In this document: piece by piece, positions 32,752 to 34,938 of the stretch
Position numbering within the stretch: the first letter of the stretch is position 1
Layout of the letters: the number at the start of each line of letters is the position of its first letter
Assembly: GCA_036393315.1 (NCBI GenBank)
Contig: DASWHG010000139.1
Location: 1-34,938 of the forward strand
Source: Anaerolineales bacterium
Lineage (GTDB): Bacteria > Chloroflexota > Anaerolineae > Anaerolineales > UBA4823
DNA: 34,938 nt
Direction: 5' to 3'
Position numbers and translations under genes: made by a program
The notes under the pieces: model-generated
Databases searched by the model: none
Told to the model about the DNA's origin: nothing
What the model saw: the letters and a program-made list of their open reading frames with translations, nothing else

Positions 32752-33701
32752 CTAGGTTCTCTATGGGCCCGGCGGCGCCAGACGGTCCGGTACATCGCTC
32801 GCCGCCAGTTTTGCTCGCTGAGGTATGCCAGCCGCTGTGACAGGCGGCCGGGCATCAAGTTGAAAAACCGGGGGATGGTATCCAACGCACAGGTCCGGTT
32901 GGTCGCCAGGTAATCGAGCCAATAGACCGAAACCGGAAGCGAAGGCAGCAGGTTCTCCAGGAACACGGTAACCGCCCGCAAGTAGGGCGGCCGCATGGAA
33001 ACGAGCCTTCGCCGCACCCCCAGGTTTTGTATCAGGATCTCGACCACCTGCCTGAAAGTCAGGTGCTCCGGACCGCCGATCTCATACATCTGGTTGCGCG
33101 TTCCGTCGTCGTCCAAAGCCCACGTCAGGCAGGTCGCCAGATCTTCTACCCAGAGCGGCTGCAGCAGCGTGCTCCCATCGCCGGGGAGCAGGAAGAGGAA
33201 CGGCACCCCGTCCAGCAGATGTGCCAGCCCGGTCGTAAATCTATCTCGCGGGCCATAGATAATCGCGGTGCGCAGGATGGTATAGTCGATCGTGCTGCGC
33301 CGAATAAATTCCTCGGCAATCGCCTTGGCTTTAAACACGGGGTAGGCAGAAGCACGGTCGGCTCCCAAATGGCTGATATAAAAAAGGCGCTGGATGCCTG
33401 CATCTGCCGCCGCCTGGACCACGGATTGGGTTCCCCGGATGTCGACCTCCATCAGGCTGGCATACGCGCCGTGCCATTCGCTCCCTGCCAGGTGATAGAC
33501 CGTATCGACTCCGACCATGGCGGCTCGCAGGCCGCGCTCGTCGTTCAAGGAGCTCACGGCAACTTCCACCGGTACGCCGCGCGGCAGGTTTGGCGAGCGC
33601 GGTGATGGCCGGATCAACGTGCGCACCTCGTGTCCTGCCTCGACCAGATGGCGGATCAAAGCCTGACCGATAAAGCCGGTCCCGCCCGTAACCAGGATCA
33701 T
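32748..33701 (-). CDS. NAD(P)-dependent epimerase/dehydratase-family (atypical SDR, NmrA/NDUFA9-like)
   Basis: 317 aa. N-terminal Rossmann motif MILVTGGTGFIGQALIRHL. No classical YxxxK was seen by eye. Confidence 0.8.
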   Translation of the reverse strand: MILVTGGTGFIGQALIRHLVEAGHEVRTLIRPSPRSPNLPRGVPVEVAVSSLNDERGLRAAMVGVDTVYHLAGSEWHGAYASLMEVDIRGTQSVVQAAADAGIQRLFYISHLGADRASAYPVFKAKAIAEEFIRRSTIDYTILRTAIIYGPRDRFTTGLAHLLDGVPFLFLLPGDGSTLLQPLWVEDLATCLTWALDDDGTRNQMYEIGGPEHLTFRQVVEILIQNLGVRRRLVSMRPPYLRAVTVFLENLLPSLPVSVYWLDYLATNRTCALDTIPRFFNLMPGRLSQRLAYLSEQNWRRAMYRTVWRRRAHREPR

Positions 33702-33710
33702 GTGACCCGC

Positions 33711-33719
33711 ATTATAGCA
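33711..33719 (-). promoter_or_regulatory. Extended -10 promoter TGcTATAAT placed to give a leaderless or near-leaderless epimerase mRNA
   Basis: Minus-strand TGCTATAAT (33719-33711). Only 9 nt separate the -10 from ATG 33701, and there is no SD in between. Confidence 0.5.
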
Positions 33720-33736
33720 TGCGTTTTTCTCAATAA

Positions 33737-33770
33737 GGGATTCCCCTACCTGCCCGTTCAGGGGAATCCC
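33737..33770. promoter_or_regulatory. Perfect 11-bp inverted repeat GGGATTCCCCT-N12-AGGGGAATCCC in a divergent intergenic region
   Basis: Arms at 33737-33747 and 33760-33770. The repeat overlaps the -35 position of the minus-strand promoter and lies 84 nt upstream of the adhesin ATG. No flanking U-tract. Confidence 0.7.
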
Positions 33771-33853
33771 CCATTGAAGTCGATATGTAAAAAGAATACA
33801 CTAAGCAAACCAACGATCGTTATTTTCTATTTAGTCCCTCCAGGTGACCGCTT

Positions 33854-34938
33854 ATGAACGCCAGGTATTTTCTCTATCACTTGCTCGCTTTTATGCTCGT
33901 GCTGATCGCCGGCTCGATCCATTCCGACCGGCTTGTGGCGGCCCAAAGCGAACTATTCATTGTCGCCCCAGCCTCCGGATTGCAGACGACAGAAAGTGGA
34001 GGCCAGGCGACCTTCACCGTCGCCTTAGGCGTCAAGCCGGACTCCGCCGTGCATGTAGCAATGTACAGCTCCGATCCAACAGAAGTGATTGTATCAACCG
34101 AAGAACTGACCTTACCCCCCGGAGCGTGGCCTGCACCGGAAACGGTCACGATTACAGGTGTCGCCGACGGGATCACCGATGGAGACAAAACCTTCTCGAT
34201 CATCCTTTCTCCCGCAACAAGCAACGACCCCATCTTCGATGGCCAGGACCCGCCCGATGTCACCGTCACTAACCTGGATGTCGTCCCGGTCAACCAGCAG
34301 CCGGAAGCCAATGATGACAGCGACATTACCAGCCTTGGCGTTGCGGTGACGACGAACGTCCTGGCAAATGACCTCGGCTTGGGGGACGAGCCGCTCACGG
34401 TCACCATCACACAGCAACCGGCGAATGGCACAGCCGAGGCAACTCCGGATAATCAGGTCACCTACACACCCAACCCAGCCTTCGATGGCCAGGATTCCTA
34501 CTGGTACGAAGTCTGTGACCAGCAAGGCGATTGTGACGTAGCAGGAGTGACCGTGGTGGTGCAGGCAGAGAACGGCCCTCCGCTGGCTGTGGACGATTCG
34601 TATACCGTCGCCATCGACACAGTCCTGGAGATGGATGTCATGGACAACGATACCGATGAGGATGGAGATATCCTTTACCTGGATTCTTTCGAGACGGCCT
34701 CAATCTACGGTGGGAGCATCGCCCGGATCGATAATGGCACCCCGTCCGATACCAGCGACGACCAGCTTTTCTACCTCCCGGCGCTTGGCTTTGACGACTC
34801 GGATACCTTCACCTATACCATCAGCGATGGTGAACTGACCGCGACCGCCACCGTTACCGTACAAGTCGGCGTCGAAGAAAACGCTCCCATCGCCAACGAC
34901 GACAGCTACGCGACCGGACTGGACACCCCGCTCGTGGT
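33854..34938 (+). CDS. 5' part of a large secreted repeat protein (Calx-beta-like domain plus tandem ~95-100-aa cadherin/Ig-like repeats), runs off the window
   Basis: The frame from ATG 33854 is open to the window end (361 codons), so it is absent from the ORF track.
- Signal-like N-terminus MNARYFLYHLLAFMLVLIAGS.
- SGGQATFTVALGVKPDSAVHVAM...GDKTFSIIL is Calx-beta-like.
- Repeats begin ANDDSD (34307), AVDDSY (34586) and ANDDSY (34892), with internal NDxDxDGD and YTP..F.G.D.F.Y motifs. Confidence 0.8.
   Translation, partial: MNARYFLYHLLAFMLVLIAGSIHSDRLVAAQSELFIVAPASGLQTTESGGQATFTVALGVKPDSAVHVAMYSSDPTEVIVSTEELTLPPGAWPAPETVTITGVADGITDGDKTFSIILSPATSNDPIFDGQDPPDVTVTNLDVVPVNQQPEANDDSDITSLGVAVTTNVLANDLGLGDEPLTVTITQQPANGTAEATPDNQVTYTPNPAFDGQDSYWYEVCDQQGDCDVAGVTVVVQAENGPPLAVDDSYTVAIDTVLEMDVMDNDTDEDGDILYLDSFETASIYGGSIARIDNGTPSDTSDDQLFYLPALGFDDSDTFTYTISDGELTATATVTVQVGVEENAPIANDDSYATGLDTPLV

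Noticed and set aside
33844-34272. 142-aa ORF from the track (MTAYERQVFSL...)
   Set aside because: The Arg-rich translation has no features. The frame starting at ATG 33854 encodes a signal peptide plus repeat domains and stays open to the window end, so it is the real gene.
1-34938. CRISPR arrays, IS elements/transposases, prophage or known defence systems
   Set aside because: I saw no regularly spaced direct repeats of 25-40 nt, no DDE/serine/tyrosine recombinase-like ORFs, no RT, no TA-sized gene pairs, and no compositional island. The two short AT-rich spacers (about 1900-2130 and 25220-25525) are the only compositional exceptions.

Overview
34.9-kb GC-rich bacterial chromosomal segment. 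All calls rest on reading the six-frame track and raw sequence, and on motif recall; no searches were run. I support 36 protein-coding genes (2 cut by the window edges), one decayed gene fragment and one tRNA-Arg(UCU). I saw no rRNA, CRISPR array, transposase, integrase, reverse transcriptase, toxin-antitoxin pair or recognised defence gene.

Content is mostly housekeeping:
- Central metabolism and redox: agmatinase-family enzyme, deoxynucleoside kinase, two methyltransferases, SDR, AMP-forming acyl-CoA synthetase, acyl-CoA dehydrogenase.
- A long minus-strand co-directional block: two hypothetical genes, tRNA-Arg, hsp20, lon, receiver, PHP-AlbA_2 fusion, GNAT, mogA, lepB.
- A receiver/M23 peptidase pair divergent from efp.
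- fabF-fabH, ftsH, ygfZ and fabL.
- PEBP, cyclase, and an epimerase/GNAT/NSAR-OSBS operon.
- The 5' part of a large repeat adhesin.

The protein style (GxxExxY fragment, tandem ~95-aa adhesin repeats, FabL, NSAR/OSBS) weakly suggests Chloroflexota (Anaerolineae-like); this is inference only.

The window looks like core genome, not an accessory island. The best candidates for undescribed biology are:
1. An EF-P with Arg at the modification-loop tip in a Lys-type KPGxG loop, followed 6 nt later by a Cys-rich ORF that is overlapped by a HAD-DinB fusion gene. This may be an uncharacterised EF-P maturation or partner module.
2. A three-part PHP phosphoesterase / AlbA_2 (Schlafen-like) / unknown C-terminal domain protein inside the hsp20-lon-receiver operon, translationally chained to a YpeA-like GNAT and a lone MogA.
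3. A two-gene cassette of uncharacterised proteins, one with a HARE-HTH-like module, directly upstream of the tRNA-hsp20-lon block.

All three are hypotheses that need homology, structure and neighbourhood searches.
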